In this document: piece by piece, positions 19,604 through 27,904 of the stretch
Layout: the number at the start of each line of letters is the position of its first letter
Position numbering within the stretch: position 1 is the stretch's first letter
Virus record (IMG/VR): IMGVR_UViG_3300028581_000013
Direction: 5' to 3' (one strand)
Length of the DNA stretch: 64,000 bases
Origin: a virus
Position numbers and translations under genes: made by a program
The notes under the pieces: model-generated
Database searches by the model: none
What the model saw: only the letters and a program-made list of their open reading frames with translations
Told to the model about the DNA's origin: nothing

Positions 19604-19795
19604 ATGTTGGTTAATTTTACTGATTCCACAACAAATGAATCTATTGCTATCAACTTAGCCAATCTAGTTTGTGTCTTTACAGTTAAAGAAGAAGGCGTTG
19701 AGAAAACAGTTATCAATATGATTAATGGTAACGTTGCTGTAAAAGAAAACTATTTGGAAACTGTTGGTAGAATCAATGCAGAAATGCCTAGGTAA
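19604..19795 (+). CDS. Small hypothetical protein
   Basis: GGAG RBS, ATG 19604, 63 aa. Confidence 0.6.
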   Translation: MLVNFTDSTTNESIAINLANLVCVFTVKEEGVEKTVINMINGNVAVKENYLETVGRINAEMPR

Positions 19796-19851
19796 TTATT
19801 TTGAAAGTAGTAAAGAAGTGTTGAGAAGTTATTATATTATGGGAGTGTTAA

Positions 19852-20787
19852 ATGGAACATTTACTTTGGGTCGAGAAGTACCGTCCAAAAACAATTGAAG
19901 ATTGTATTTTACCAGATGCGATCAAGGAAACTTTTCAGGAGTACGTTAAAAGAAAAGAAATACCAAATCTTCTTTTATCTGGTACGGCAGGTGTCGGAAA
20001 AACAACTGTTGCTAAAGCTTTATGCAATGAGGTTGGTTGTGATTTTATTGTCATCAATGGCTCTGACGAGTCTGGCATTGATGTGCTTCGCAACAAAATT
20101 AAGAATTATGCTTCATCAGTTTCTCTCACTGGCGGCCGAAAAGTCATCATCATTGATGAGGCTGATTATCTTAACCCTAATTCGACTCAACCTGCTTTAC
20201 GGGGAGCCATTGAAGAATTCTCATCGAATTGCTCGTTCATCTTCACATGCAATTTCAAAAACCGTATTATCGATCCAATACACTCTCGGTGTTCTGTTAT
20301 TGATTTTAAAATCAACGGTTCTAAACCAAAACTGGCTGCACAATTCTTTAAAAGAGTTGAAGGTATCTTACAACAAGAGAATATCAAATATTCAAAAGAT
20401 GTTGTCGCATCCATCATCACGAAACACTTTCCTGACAATCGAAGAATTCTTAACGAACTTCAGCGTTATTCTGTGTCAGGTTCGATTGATAGTGGGATTC
20501 TGTCTAATATTGCTGATATACAACTTGATAATCTTATTAAGTCGTTAAAAGAAAAAGACTTTGCCTCTGCTCGTAAGTGGGTCACCAACAATCTAGATAA
20601 TGATCCTGTTAAAGTTTATCGCAAACTTTATGATGGTCTATATGATGCTCTTGATGCCAGTTCAGTTCCACAACTTGTTCTTATTCTTGCTAAGTATCAA
20701 TATCAATCCGCTTTTGTGGCTGACCACGAAATCAATATGACTGCTTGTTTAACCGAAATTATGGTAGATTGTGAGTTTAAAAAATGA
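19852..20787 (+). CDS. gp44: Clamp loader AAA+ subunit gp44
   Basis: WVEKYRP, GTAGVGKT, DEAD, SRC. Confidence 0.97.
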   Translation: MEHLLWVEKYRPKTIEDCILPDAIKETFQEYVKRKEIPNLLLSGTAGVGKTTVAKALCNEVGCDFIVINGSDESGIDVLRNKIKNYASSVSLTGGRKVIIIDEADYLNPNSTQPALRGAIEEFSSNCSFIFTCNFKNRIIDPIHSRCSVIDFKINGSKPKLAAQFFKRVEGILQQENIKYSKDVVASIITKHFPDNRRILNELQRYSVSGSIDSGILSNIADIQLDNLIKSLKEKDFASARKWVTNNLDNDPVKVYRKLYDGLYDALDASSVPQLVLILAKYQYQSAFVADHEINMTACLTEIMVDCEFKK

Positions 20788-21392
20788 CTTATTATGAAAA
20801 ACATTTAACTTTAAATTGGGTTCATGTTAATCAAATTTATAGATATTCGAATAACATTACAGCAGCAGTGTATGCTTGGGCTTGGTTGAATAAAGAACCT
20901 AACAAAAAAACTTGGCCTTGTGATATAAAAGATACATTTTATATTGGTATGAGTGGTGGATTGGAAGATGATTTTATAGCCGATAGAAAGGAAAAACACA
21001 GAGTTCCAGCACTAACAACTAGGTTTCACCTTAGAATGAAACAACATATAGGTTTTTTTCGTAATCCAAATGCAAAATTTGGAAAACAAGCTTTAAAATA
21101 TAATTTATATCATGAATTGTTTAATGAAGAAACGACACAAAATAAAGAATTGTATTGTGCAATTATGATTCCTAAAGATAATGTTTCTAGAGTTGGTTTG
21201 AGAAATAGATTGGAATTAATTGAATCGGAATTGAAAGAAGTATATTGTGAGAATTTTCATGAGATTCCTGTTTTATGTTTAGCAGAAAAAGATAATGTTA
21301 CTGATTCGATGAAAAATTATAATTCAATTTCTCAACAAAAAATTAGAGAACATGAACAATCTAGTTTAATAAGGTTTTTTAAAAATGACTAA
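20784..21392 (+). CDS. Putative GIY-YIG-like endonuclease
   Basis: AVY...FYIGMS, downstream R-x-x-x-H and E; AT-rich insertion between gp44 and gp62. Confidence 0.45.
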   Translation: MTYYEKHLTLNWVHVNQIYRYSNNITAAVYAWAWLNKEPNKKTWPCDIKDTFYIGMSGGLEDDFIADRKEKHRVPALTTRFHLRMKQHIGFFRNPNAKFGKQALKYNLYHELFNEETTQNKELYCAIMIPKDNVSRVGLRNRLELIESELKEVYCENFHEIPVLCLAEKDNVTDSMKNYNSISQQKIREHEQSSLIRFFKND

Positions 21393-21837
21393 AGACGAAA
21401 TGATGAATGAGTTGGGTCTAGCCGGTGAAAAAATCATCATTAATTTGTTGAGTGAAGAAGGTCGTAAGATTCAAAGTTCAATTAACAAATATGATTCAGA
21501 AAAAGATTTATTGGCTGATAATAAAAAAGTAGAAGTTAAAACACAAGTACCTTTTATTATGCAAAATGCTTTTACTTTTAAACCAAATCAACTCCGTAAA
21601 TGTCGTTCTGTGGATGAATTGTATTTTGTTTCTGTACCAGCTAGCCATCATACCGATAAGTGGGCTGGCTGGATTTTTAAAGCAGACCCTAAAAGTTTTA
21701 AAACTAGAAACTATAAAACAAAAGATGGCCGTGATATGTTATTGGTTGACCGTGAACAAGATTCGTTGACACCAATCAAAAAAATGTCCATGGAAGAAAT
21801 AAAGGAGTTGCAAAAATATACGGTATCGGGGTACTAA
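21385..21837 (+). CDS. Putative PD-(D/E)xK nuclease-fold protein
   Basis: GLAGE...KDLLADNKKVEVKT. Confidence 0.5.
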   Translation: MTKDEMMNELGLAGEKIIINLLSEEGRKIQSSINKYDSEKDLLADNKKVEVKTQVPFIMQNAFTFKPNQLRKCRSVDELYFVSVPASHHTDKWAGWIFKADPKSFKTRNYKTKDGRDMLLVDREQDSLTPIKKMSMEEIKELQKYTVSGY

Positions 21838-21838
21838 G

Positions 21839-22231
21839 ATGCCAGATTTATTTAAAGAAATTCTTCCGTCTATACTAGAGAAGAAAAAGAGTGTGTTTTT
21901 GGATGAATATGATTATAAAGACTATAATCCTTATATCATCAATCGAGCCTTGTCGTACCACATGGATTGCATACTCTATGTCAATGAACTAAACAAGAAT
22001 CCTAACCTTGAAAAGGACTTACAATATTCATATCTTCTAAATACCATAAGACCAATGAAACGGAAATTTCAACCGTGGCAGAAATCAGAGGTCGATAAAG
22101 ATATGGAATGTGTCAAACAGTATTTTGGTTACTCCAACGAGAAAGCCAAAGAAGCTTTGCGTATTCTTAATGATGAACAAATCGCTGAAATAAAAGCTAA
22201 AACAAATAAAGGCGGAGTGAACAAGTCATGA
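21839..22231 (+). CDS. gp62: Clamp loader small subunit gp62
   Basis: YNPYIINRALS, YFGYSNEKAKEAL. Confidence 0.93.
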   Translation: MPDLFKEILPSILEKKKSVFLDEYDYKDYNPYIINRALSYHMDCILYVNELNKNPNLEKDLQYSYLLNTIRPMKRKFQPWQKSEVDKDMECVKQYFGYSNEKAKEALRILNDEQIAEIKAKTNKGGVNKS

Positions 22232-22635
22232 TTGCAATCATAGATTTAGTTGAAGTTACATTAGGTGAGAAAGATGATTTCCTCAAGGTCCGTGAAACGT
22301 TAACACGAATCGGTGTAGCTTCCAAAAAAGACAAAATTCTTTACCAATCTTGTCATATTCTACATAAACAAAGCAGGTATTACATAGTACATTTCAAAGA
22401 ACTATTTGCTTTGGATGGTAAACCAACTGACATTACCGAAAACGATCTATCTCGTAGAAACGCAATTGCCAAACTACTAGAAGATTGGGGTCTGGTAAAA
22501 ATATTGGATAAAAGTAAAGTGGAAAACCCACCTCCAATATTCTTATCTCAAATTAAGATCATATCACATAAAGAAAAAGACGATTGGGATTTGGTACCCA
22601 AGTATAATATTGGTAAAAAACCAGGAGCCTATTGA
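22228..22635 (+). CDS. regA: Translational repressor RegA
   Basis: DDFLKVRETLTRIGVAS, LYQSCHILHKQ, YIVHFKELFALDG. Confidence 0.97.
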   Translation: MIAIIDLVEVTLGEKDDFLKVRETLTRIGVASKKDKILYQSCHILHKQSRYYIVHFKELFALDGKPTDITENDLSRRNAIAKLLEDWGLVKILDKSKVENPPPIFLSQIKIISHKEKDDWDLVPKYNIGKKPGAY

Positions 22636-22662
22636 CAAAATAGGCTTTTTGTGTTATAAATA
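22632..22662 (+). promoter_or_regulatory. Overlapping early-like and late promoter for hsp20
   Basis: TTGACA-17 nt-TATAAA; the -10 is also a late TATAAATA box. Confidence 0.65.
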
Positions 22663-22666
22663 TGGA

Positions 22667-22730
22667 TGTAGGTGCCTCAGGGGCCTATAATTTTGATTAA
22701 CTCGCTTAAACTAAGGAGCACATAAACATG
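22667..22730 (+). promoter_or_regulatory. ROSE-like RNA thermometer in hsp20 5' UTR
   Basis: Two hairpins; CTC-G-CTTA pairs with TAAGGAG (SD) leaving a bulged G, the UCGCU signature. Confidence 0.7.
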
Positions 22731-23189
22731 ACTACAAGTCTATTACCAAGTCTATTTGACTTTCACAAAACGCTGGATCCATTCACAGTTGGTTACGATA
22801 AGTTCTTCAAAGACATTGAAGAAGTTACCAAAAATGTAACCAAGAATATACCATCGTATCCCCCATACAATATCAAACAAGTAAGCAAGAACAAGTATGT
22901 CATTGAAATGGCAGTTGCTGGTTTTGCCAAGTCTGATATTGAAGTAACTCTTGAAGGTAATAAATTGGTCATCAAAGGTGCTGCAAAAGAAGATGAACTT
23001 AAAGAAGAAGAAAATTTCCTCTTTAAAGGAATCGCTAACCGTAACTTTACACGTTCATTTACATTGGCTGACAAGATTGAAATCGGTCAAGCTGAAATGA
23101 TGAATGGTATGTTGCGTGTATGGTTAGAGAATCTTGTGCAGGCTCAAGATACCATTAAAAAGATTGCCATTAAAGAAAAGAGTGTATAA
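22728..23189 (+). CDS. Small heat shock protein Hsp20 (IbpA-like)
   Basis: SYPPYNI, IEMAVAGF, KGIANRNFTRSF, NGML. Confidence 0.95.
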   Translation: MTTSLLPSLFDFHKTLDPFTVGYDKFFKDIEEVTKNVTKNIPSYPPYNIKQVSKNKYVIEMAVAGFAKSDIEVTLEGNKLVIKGAAKEDELKEEENFLFKGIANRNFTRSFTLADKIEIGQAEMMNGMLRVWLENLVQAQDTIKKIAIKEKSV

Positions 23190-23266
23190 TGAACTGGTGG
23201 CCCGTAACCGATGAGGAATGGGAACAGTTGAATTATCCAAAAAGTCGGTAAAAATATAGGGGGCTC

Positions 23267-23295
23267 TTGACAGACCCCCTATTCTATGTTATAAT
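23267..23295 (+). promoter_or_regulatory. Consensus sigma70 early promoter
   Basis: TTGACA-17 nt-TATAAT with TGn; the -35 lies in the loop of an inverted repeat. Confidence 0.85.
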
Positions 23296-23305
23296 GGTAC
23301 ATATT

Positions 23306-23506
23306 ATGAAAAAAGTGAAACCAAAATCAGTTCTCAAAAAAGTTCGTGCCAAAAATGGTACGGATATCTTCTATACATATTCTAATTGGCCAATCGAAGA
23401 AATTGATGGCCAACAATTTATTGCCGTTGTAAAACAAATGCCTGATCCAAAAAAGAATCAGGTAATTCATTATATGAAAAAGGATAGTATGGAGTATGTG
23501 AAATGA
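23306..23506 (+). CDS. Hypothetical protein
   Basis: ATG 10 nt after the promoter -10; 66 aa. Confidence 0.6.
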   Translation: MKKVKPKSVLKKVRAKNGTDIFYTYSNWPIEEIDGQQFIAVVKQMPDPKKNQVIHYMKKDSMEYVK

Positions 23507-23733
23507 GTTTCTTAGTTCAACATCAATTATTAAATAATCAAAAACGAAAATTTGATCCCAAAAATAAAAAAGACATTGAATTATTTAAAATGTTTTTAAC
23601 GGAAAATAAATGGAATGGACCTTGTCCTTTTCTTTTAGAAGAACCACATACTGTAATTCCTGAAATGTTAAAAGACAAATATATTCGTAGTCAATTTAAT
23701 ATTCCAGAACCTATTGGTGAAATTTTAAGATGA
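23503..23733 (+). CDS. Hypothetical protein
   Basis: Overlaps upstream stop; W..CPFLLEEP. Confidence 0.6.
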   Translation: MSFLVQHQLLNNQKRKFDPKNKKDIELFKMFLTENKWNGPCPFLLEEPHTVIPEMLKDKYIRSQFNIPEPIGEILR

Positions 23734-23903
23734 ATTGGTTGAAATATTCTGGTTGTAATATTACATTAAAATTAAATCCATTTCATTGGAGATTAAATTT
23801 CAGTAAAGGTAGTGAGAATGATGCTTGGGAAATTTCAACATCATATATTATTGAATTATTACCTATCACGATCCGAATATGGATTGATGACGGTAGTTGG
23901 TAG
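23730..23903 (+). CDS. Small hypothetical protein (57 aa, not in ORF track)
   Basis: ATGA overlap; MNWLKYSG...IRIWIDDGSW*. Confidence 0.55.
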   Translation: MNWLKYSGCNITLKLNPFHWRLNFSKGSENDAWEISTSYIIELLPITIRIWIDDGSW

Positions 23904-23910
23904 ACCAAAG

Positions 23911-23985
23911 GGGCCTTTAGCATATCGGTAGATGCGTCCGGCTCATAACCGGTTGAAGAAAGTTCAACTCTTTCAAGGCCCACCA
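23911..23985 (+). tRNA. tRNA with CAU anticodon, probably Ile2 (lysidine-type)
   Basis: Cloverleaf GGGCCTT/AAGGCCC-A-CCA, loop CT-CAT-AA; C4:G69 and C5:G68 match TilS determinants. Confidence 0.85.
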
Positions 23986-24338
23986 ATATTGTTTTCTGGA
24001 TAATGTGTTTCCATGTGGCAGTTATGACAAAGCACAACACATTTTTTGGCTTCTTGTAAAAGTTTATCAAATTTTGTGTTGGAACAATGTCTAAGATCCA
24101 ATGTAAACTCTTTATCGTGTAAATGGTGAAAACATAATGCAGAATAATTTTTTTTGTATCCACAAATATTACATTGGCCACCTAGTGTGTTTAATAATTT
24201 AATTTTGTTTTTTTCTCCACGAACTCTTTGAGATTTATATGCTTGATTTCTTATATTACTACTTTTCATTTTACAAGAAACTGAGCAATACATTTTTTGC
24301 AAACCAGTTAGTTTATTTGAACATATTTTACAATTCAT
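23973..24338 (-). CDS. HNH endonuclease with zinc-finger motifs
   Basis: CKIC..YCSVSC; CNICG..FHH...LCHNCH; AGGAGG RBS. Confidence 0.8.
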   Translation of the reverse strand: MNCKICSNKLTGLQKMYCSVSCKMKSSNIRNQAYKSQRVRGEKNKIKLLNTLGGQCNICGYKKNYSALCFHHLHDKEFTLDLRHCSNTKFDKLLQEAKKCVVLCHNCHMETHYPENNIGGP

Positions 24339-24396
24339 ATTGAGTCCTCCTATTAATATATAGTATTATGAAGTTTTTCATAAACCTTTTAAAACT

Positions 24397-24843
24397 ATGA
24401 AACAAAAATTTATTGACGCTTACATGGATGTGGCAGAGAGATTTGCCAAATTATCCAGTGCCAAACGATTGAAGGTTGGTGCCATTGTGGTAAAAGATGA
24501 CCGAATTATATCTATCGGTTATAATGGTATGCCAGCTGGCTGGACCAATGAATGTGAAGAAGTGGTAGAATACCTAGAAGATGGTGGTACTATCACCAAA
24601 ACAAAGGATGAAGTGATCCACGCCGAGGCTAATGCCATCGCTAAACTGGCCAAAAGTAGTGAATCTGGAGATGGTTCCACCATGTTCCTGACACATGCTC
24701 CATGTATTCATTGTGCAAAACAAGTCTATACCGCTGGTATTAAAAAGGTATATTACCGTAATTCGTATCGAGATACCATCGGCATAGACTTCTTAAATCA
24801 TTGTGGTATATCAGTAGAACAAATTTCACCTGGTGAAAACTAG
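24397..24843 (+). CDS. cd: dCMP deaminase
   Basis: GYNG, HAEANAI, PCIHC. Confidence 0.93.
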   Translation: MKQKFIDAYMDVAERFAKLSSAKRLKVGAIVVKDDRIISIGYNGMPAGWTNECEEVVEYLEDGGTITKTKDEVIHAEANAIAKLAKSSESGDGSTMFLTHAPCIHCAKQVYTAGIKKVYYRNSYRDTIGIDFLNHCGISVEQISPGEN

Positions 24844-24896
24844 ATATCACCTAAATATTTGAGAAGTATTAGTTGGTTTTCACAGGAGAAACCTCA

Positions 24897-25433
24897 ATGC
24901 AACTCAGTATAATCGGATGTCCCGATAAGAAACGCTTTCGACCTTTTGTTAAGCGTGCGGCTATTTTTTATGCCGGACAACTGATGACACCTAAAATGAT
25001 AGAAAACATTAGTGTCCGTATTAAGTTTGATCCAAAACTTGATGCTCTTGGATATGCAGAAGTATTGGATTATAATGATAGCAATAAACCTAGAGAGTTT
25101 CAGATTGAAATAAATCCTTTATGTGGTTCACATGATATATTGGAAACTATAGCACACGAAATGGTTCATGTTAAACAATATGTGTATGGCGAAACCAATG
25201 AATATGGTACACGATGGAGAGGTCAAAGAATTACCGAAAATATGGATTATTATGATGAGCCATGGGAAATAGAAGCACACGGGTTATCCACAGGATTGTT
25301 TACCAAATTTGCTATCAAAGAAAAATTATGGGAAGTGTTTAGTGATGTTCGTAATCCGGATGCACCACTCAAACCAGAACCAATAGCATGGTTAAATATA
25401 CCACAAATAAGTGTTGACAATCACACTATATAA
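24897..25433 (+). CDS. Putative zinc metallopeptidase (HExxH)
   Basis: AHEMVHVKQY...PWEIEA. Confidence 0.7.
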   Translation: MQLSIIGCPDKKRFRPFVKRAAIFYAGQLMTPKMIENISVRIKFDPKLDALGYAEVLDYNDSNKPREFQIEINPLCGSHDILETIAHEMVHVKQYVYGETNEYGTRWRGQRITENMDYYDEPWEIEAHGLSTGLFTKFAIKEKLWEVFSDVRNPDAPLKPEPIAWLNIPQISVDNHTI

Positions 25434-25442
25434 TGTTATAGT
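25414..25442 (+). promoter_or_regulatory. Sigma70 early promoter for the atypical tRNA-Gly
   Basis: TTGACA-17 nt-TATAGT with TGn, 9 nt before the tRNA. Confidence 0.8.
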
Positions 25443-25451
25443 ATTACATAT

Positions 25452-25521
25452 GCGGTCGGGGTATAGAACCAGAGTAGGTGTCCAACTTACTCATCTAGTG
25501 CGAATCTAGACCACCGCTCCA
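25452..25521 (+). tRNA. Atypical tRNA-Gly(UCC)-like RNA, 70 nt
   Basis: Acceptor GCGGTCG/CCACCGC, U73, encoded CCA; anticodon loop TG-TCC-AA; T-arm TCTAG-TGCGAAT-CTAGA; minimal D-arm. Confidence 0.75.
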
Positions 25522-25541
25522 AATTCTTTAAGGACTATATC

Positions 25542-25715
25542 ATGGCAGTTTCAAAATCAAAAAAGAAAAATCCAATGTTGACTAAAAATGGCAAGCCAAG
25601 ATTAGGTCCATTAAATCTTAAACAGCTTAATGATATGTTAGAAAAATCTAGTAGACCAAAAGATAAAGCTAAGATTCAAAAACGCATCACCGAATTGGCT
25701 GCACGGCCCCTTTAG
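25542..25715 (+). CDS. Small basic hypothetical protein (57 aa, not in ORF track)
   Basis: AAGGA RBS; MAVSKSKKKNPM...ELAARPL*; stop lies inside the tRNA-Thr 5' end. Confidence 0.55.
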   Translation: MAVSKSKKKNPMLTKNGKPRLGPLNLKQLNDMLEKSSRPKDKAKIQKRITELAARPL

Positions 25716-25779
25716 TTAAATGGTATAACGCTAGATTTGTAATCTTGAATTGTTAGTTCGATTCTATCAAGGGGCACCA
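25706..25779 (+). tRNA. tRNA-Thr(UGU)
   Basis: GCCCCTT/AAGGGGC-A-CCA, anticodon loop TT-TGT-AA, TTCGATT T-loop. Confidence 0.9.
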
Positions 25780-26372
25780 TTAGGAGGATTCATAAAATTT
25801 TCAATTAAAGTTGTAACATCACCATATTGATAATCTTCAAGCATTTCGATGACAATATCAACAATTTGAATTTGTCTTATGAAATTTTGTAATTCGTTTT
25901 CATGGTTCTTTAATTGATTTTCGGCAAACATTTTTAACATATTTTCACCTTGCTCATTTTTCTTTTTAATTTTTTTGATTATTTTTTTTAATCTGAATAT
26001 GTAACCATTACAAGTATTAATGTTATTGTTTATGTTTAGTTTTTCTCGCCTACTTTCATTTTTCATAATCAGTATTAGATCATCAAGATCGGGATTAATG
26101 TTTGGAAGTAAATTGAAAAATAACCGACTAAGTTGTTCTAGAGCTTGATCACGGAGACTTGTACCAGATTCGTAATGACCGGTGGTGTCGTATTTTTTTC
26201 TGTTAACGGGATCACTTAAAACTTCATAGGCGTTTTTTATTTCCTTGAATATTTCAGGATCGCCGCCTTTGTCTGGATGATGTTGTTGAGCGAGTGATTT
26301 ATATTTGGCTTTAATTTCTTCAAATGTTGCATTTTTAGAAACGCCTAAGATATCATATAGATTTTTATTCAT
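25767..26372 (-). CDS. J-domain (DnaJ-like) protein
   Basis: LYDILGV..HHPDKGGD..AYEVLSD..RKKYD; probable start MNKN at 26372. Confidence 0.88.
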   Translation of the reverse strand: MNKNLYDILGVSKNATFEEIKAKYKSLAQQHHPDKGGDPEIFKEIKNAYEVLSDPVNRKKYDTTGHYESGTSLRDQALEQLSRLFFNLLPNINPDLDDLILIMKNESRREKLNINNNINTCNGYIFRLKKIIKKIKKKNEQGENMLKMFAENQLKNHENELQNFIRQIQIVDIVIEMLEDYQYGDVTTLIENFMNPPNGAP

Positions 26373-26377
26373 ACATG

Positions 26378-26385
26378 TATTTATA
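26378..26385 (-). promoter_or_regulatory. Late promoter for the J-domain gene
   Basis: TATAAATA on minus strand, 5 nt before ATG. Confidence 0.6.
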
Positions 26386-27099
26386 ATGAGTTCCATACCT
26401 AAAATTGCACACGTTGCTTGGAAGACTAAAGATGTGTTCGACAGTAAATCACCACTCATTGTCAATGGTTTGCGCAAACTAATTGATTTGAATCCTGACT
26501 GGACTGTTACAGTACATGATGATAATGATGTGGATGAATATCTAAGAAATGTTTTAAATAAAAGAGATTACAATTTAATTAAAGATATACATATAGTTGA
26601 AAAAACTGATTTATGGAGGCTCTTTAAATTATACAATGAAGGTGGTCTTTACATTGACATTGACCGTTTTTGTAATATACCATTGTCAGCAATTATAACA
26701 GATGGTATAAAGTGTGTATTACCAACTTGTTTGGAGTGGGATTTTTCACAAGACTTTATGTTGACTGAACCTAAAAATCCAATTCAAGCAAAAACAATTG
26801 AATTGATATTACAGAGGCGGTATGAAGGACATAAGAATGTTTTCTTTTTAGGTCCACAAACATACATGCACGCCGTAACAACAGTATTATTTGGTGAAAT
26901 GATTAACACGGATCCTGGTGTTGAGAAGTTTGATGAGATGCGTAAGTATATGGAACAAATTCCGTTTATTAAAACATACAGGGAACATCCACCCCACAAT
27001 ACAATAATTTATAAAGGTGATGGTGTTCTGGACTGGGAAAAATTAAAAAAAGAATTTTATGCTGAGGCCAATATAAAACATTGGTCTGGTGAATGGTAA
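26386..27099 (+). CDS. DxD glycosyltransferase (GT32/OCH1-like)
   Basis: IPKIAH..W, DLWRL..LYNEGGLYIDID, LGP. Confidence 0.8.
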   Translation: MSSIPKIAHVAWKTKDVFDSKSPLIVNGLRKLIDLNPDWTVTVHDDNDVDEYLRNVLNKRDYNLIKDIHIVEKTDLWRLFKLYNEGGLYIDIDRFCNIPLSAIITDGIKCVLPTCLEWDFSQDFMLTEPKNPIQAKTIELILQRRYEGHKNVFFLGPQTYMHAVTTVLFGEMINTDPGVEKFDEMRKYMEQIPFIKTYREHPPHNTIIYKGDGVLDWEKLKKEFYAEANIKHWSGEW

Positions 27100-27100
27100 T

Positions 27101-27814
27101 ATGAAAACAATAACACTACCTAGATTACTACAACCTTATTACTGTTCCGACCTTGTTAGAGTTGGTAAAAATAATGATGGTGGTTATCTTTTAAATAAAA
27201 ATGATATATTGAAAAGTGAATGTTTATTATCCTTTGGCATCAATGATGACTGGTCTTTTGAGGATCAATTTCTTAAAATTAAAGATTGTCCTTTATTTGG
27301 TTATGATAATTCCGTAAATGATGTTATGTTAAAAGATAAAGGATTGTATGAATCTCATAAAGAATTTTTTACTGGTACAAAACAACACATAACGAAAAAC
27401 ATAGGTAAAAATAATACATCCGATGAAATCACTTTTGAATCTGTTTTAGAAAATAAAGGTAAAAATATTTTTTTAAAGTGTGATATTGAAGGTTCTGAAT
27501 ATAAGATTTTAGACAATATACTCACACACACAAAATTGTTTTCTGGTATTGTGATTGAATTTCATGATATACAAGATAATTTTAACTTGAATGAAATGGC
27601 TAATTTTATTAGTAAATTGGATCAAAAATTAGTTCATGTACATATAAACAATTATTCTTATATGCAAATTGATGAAAATCAATATATACCTTCAGTTGTT
27701 GAATTGTCTTTTACTTCATCAGATAATATAAAATTAAAAAAACATATTAATTTTCCAAATTCTTTAGACATGCCAAATTGTCCAGAAAGAGAAGATTTTA
27801 CCATAATATTTTGA
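27101..27814 (+). CDS. FkbM-like SAM methyltransferase
   Basis: RVGKNNDGGY, SFGINDDWSFE, LKCDIEGSEY, IEFH, HVHINN. Confidence 0.75.
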   Translation: MKTITLPRLLQPYYCSDLVRVGKNNDGGYLLNKNDILKSECLLSFGINDDWSFEDQFLKIKDCPLFGYDNSVNDVMLKDKGLYESHKEFFTGTKQHITKNIGKNNTSDEITFESVLENKGKNIFLKCDIEGSEYKILDNILTHTKLFSGIVIEFHDIQDNFNLNEMANFISKLDQKLVHVHINNYSYMQIDENQYIPSVVELSFTSSDNIKLKKHINFPNSLDMPNCPEREDFTIIF

Positions 27815-27904
27815 AAAATGGTTGGATGTTCGGAGCCTCCGAAAATTTTTTTGCCATTCTCAAGATTCAAAAAAGTAATTTTAGTTTTTGATATATATAA
27901 TTAT

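Noticed and set aside
19895-20548. 217-aa +1-frame ORF inside gp44
   Set aside because: No RBS; Leu/Ser-rich shadow composition explained by CTT/ATT/GTT codon use in a conserved gene
23783-24181. 132-aa minus-strand ORF spanning the CAU tRNA
   Set aside because: Overlaps the better supported HNH gene and the tRNA; no motif
25452-25521. Reading the odd tRNA as Trp(CCA) or Asp(GTC)
   Set aside because: Those registers break the anticodon stem; acceptor and U73 match Gly
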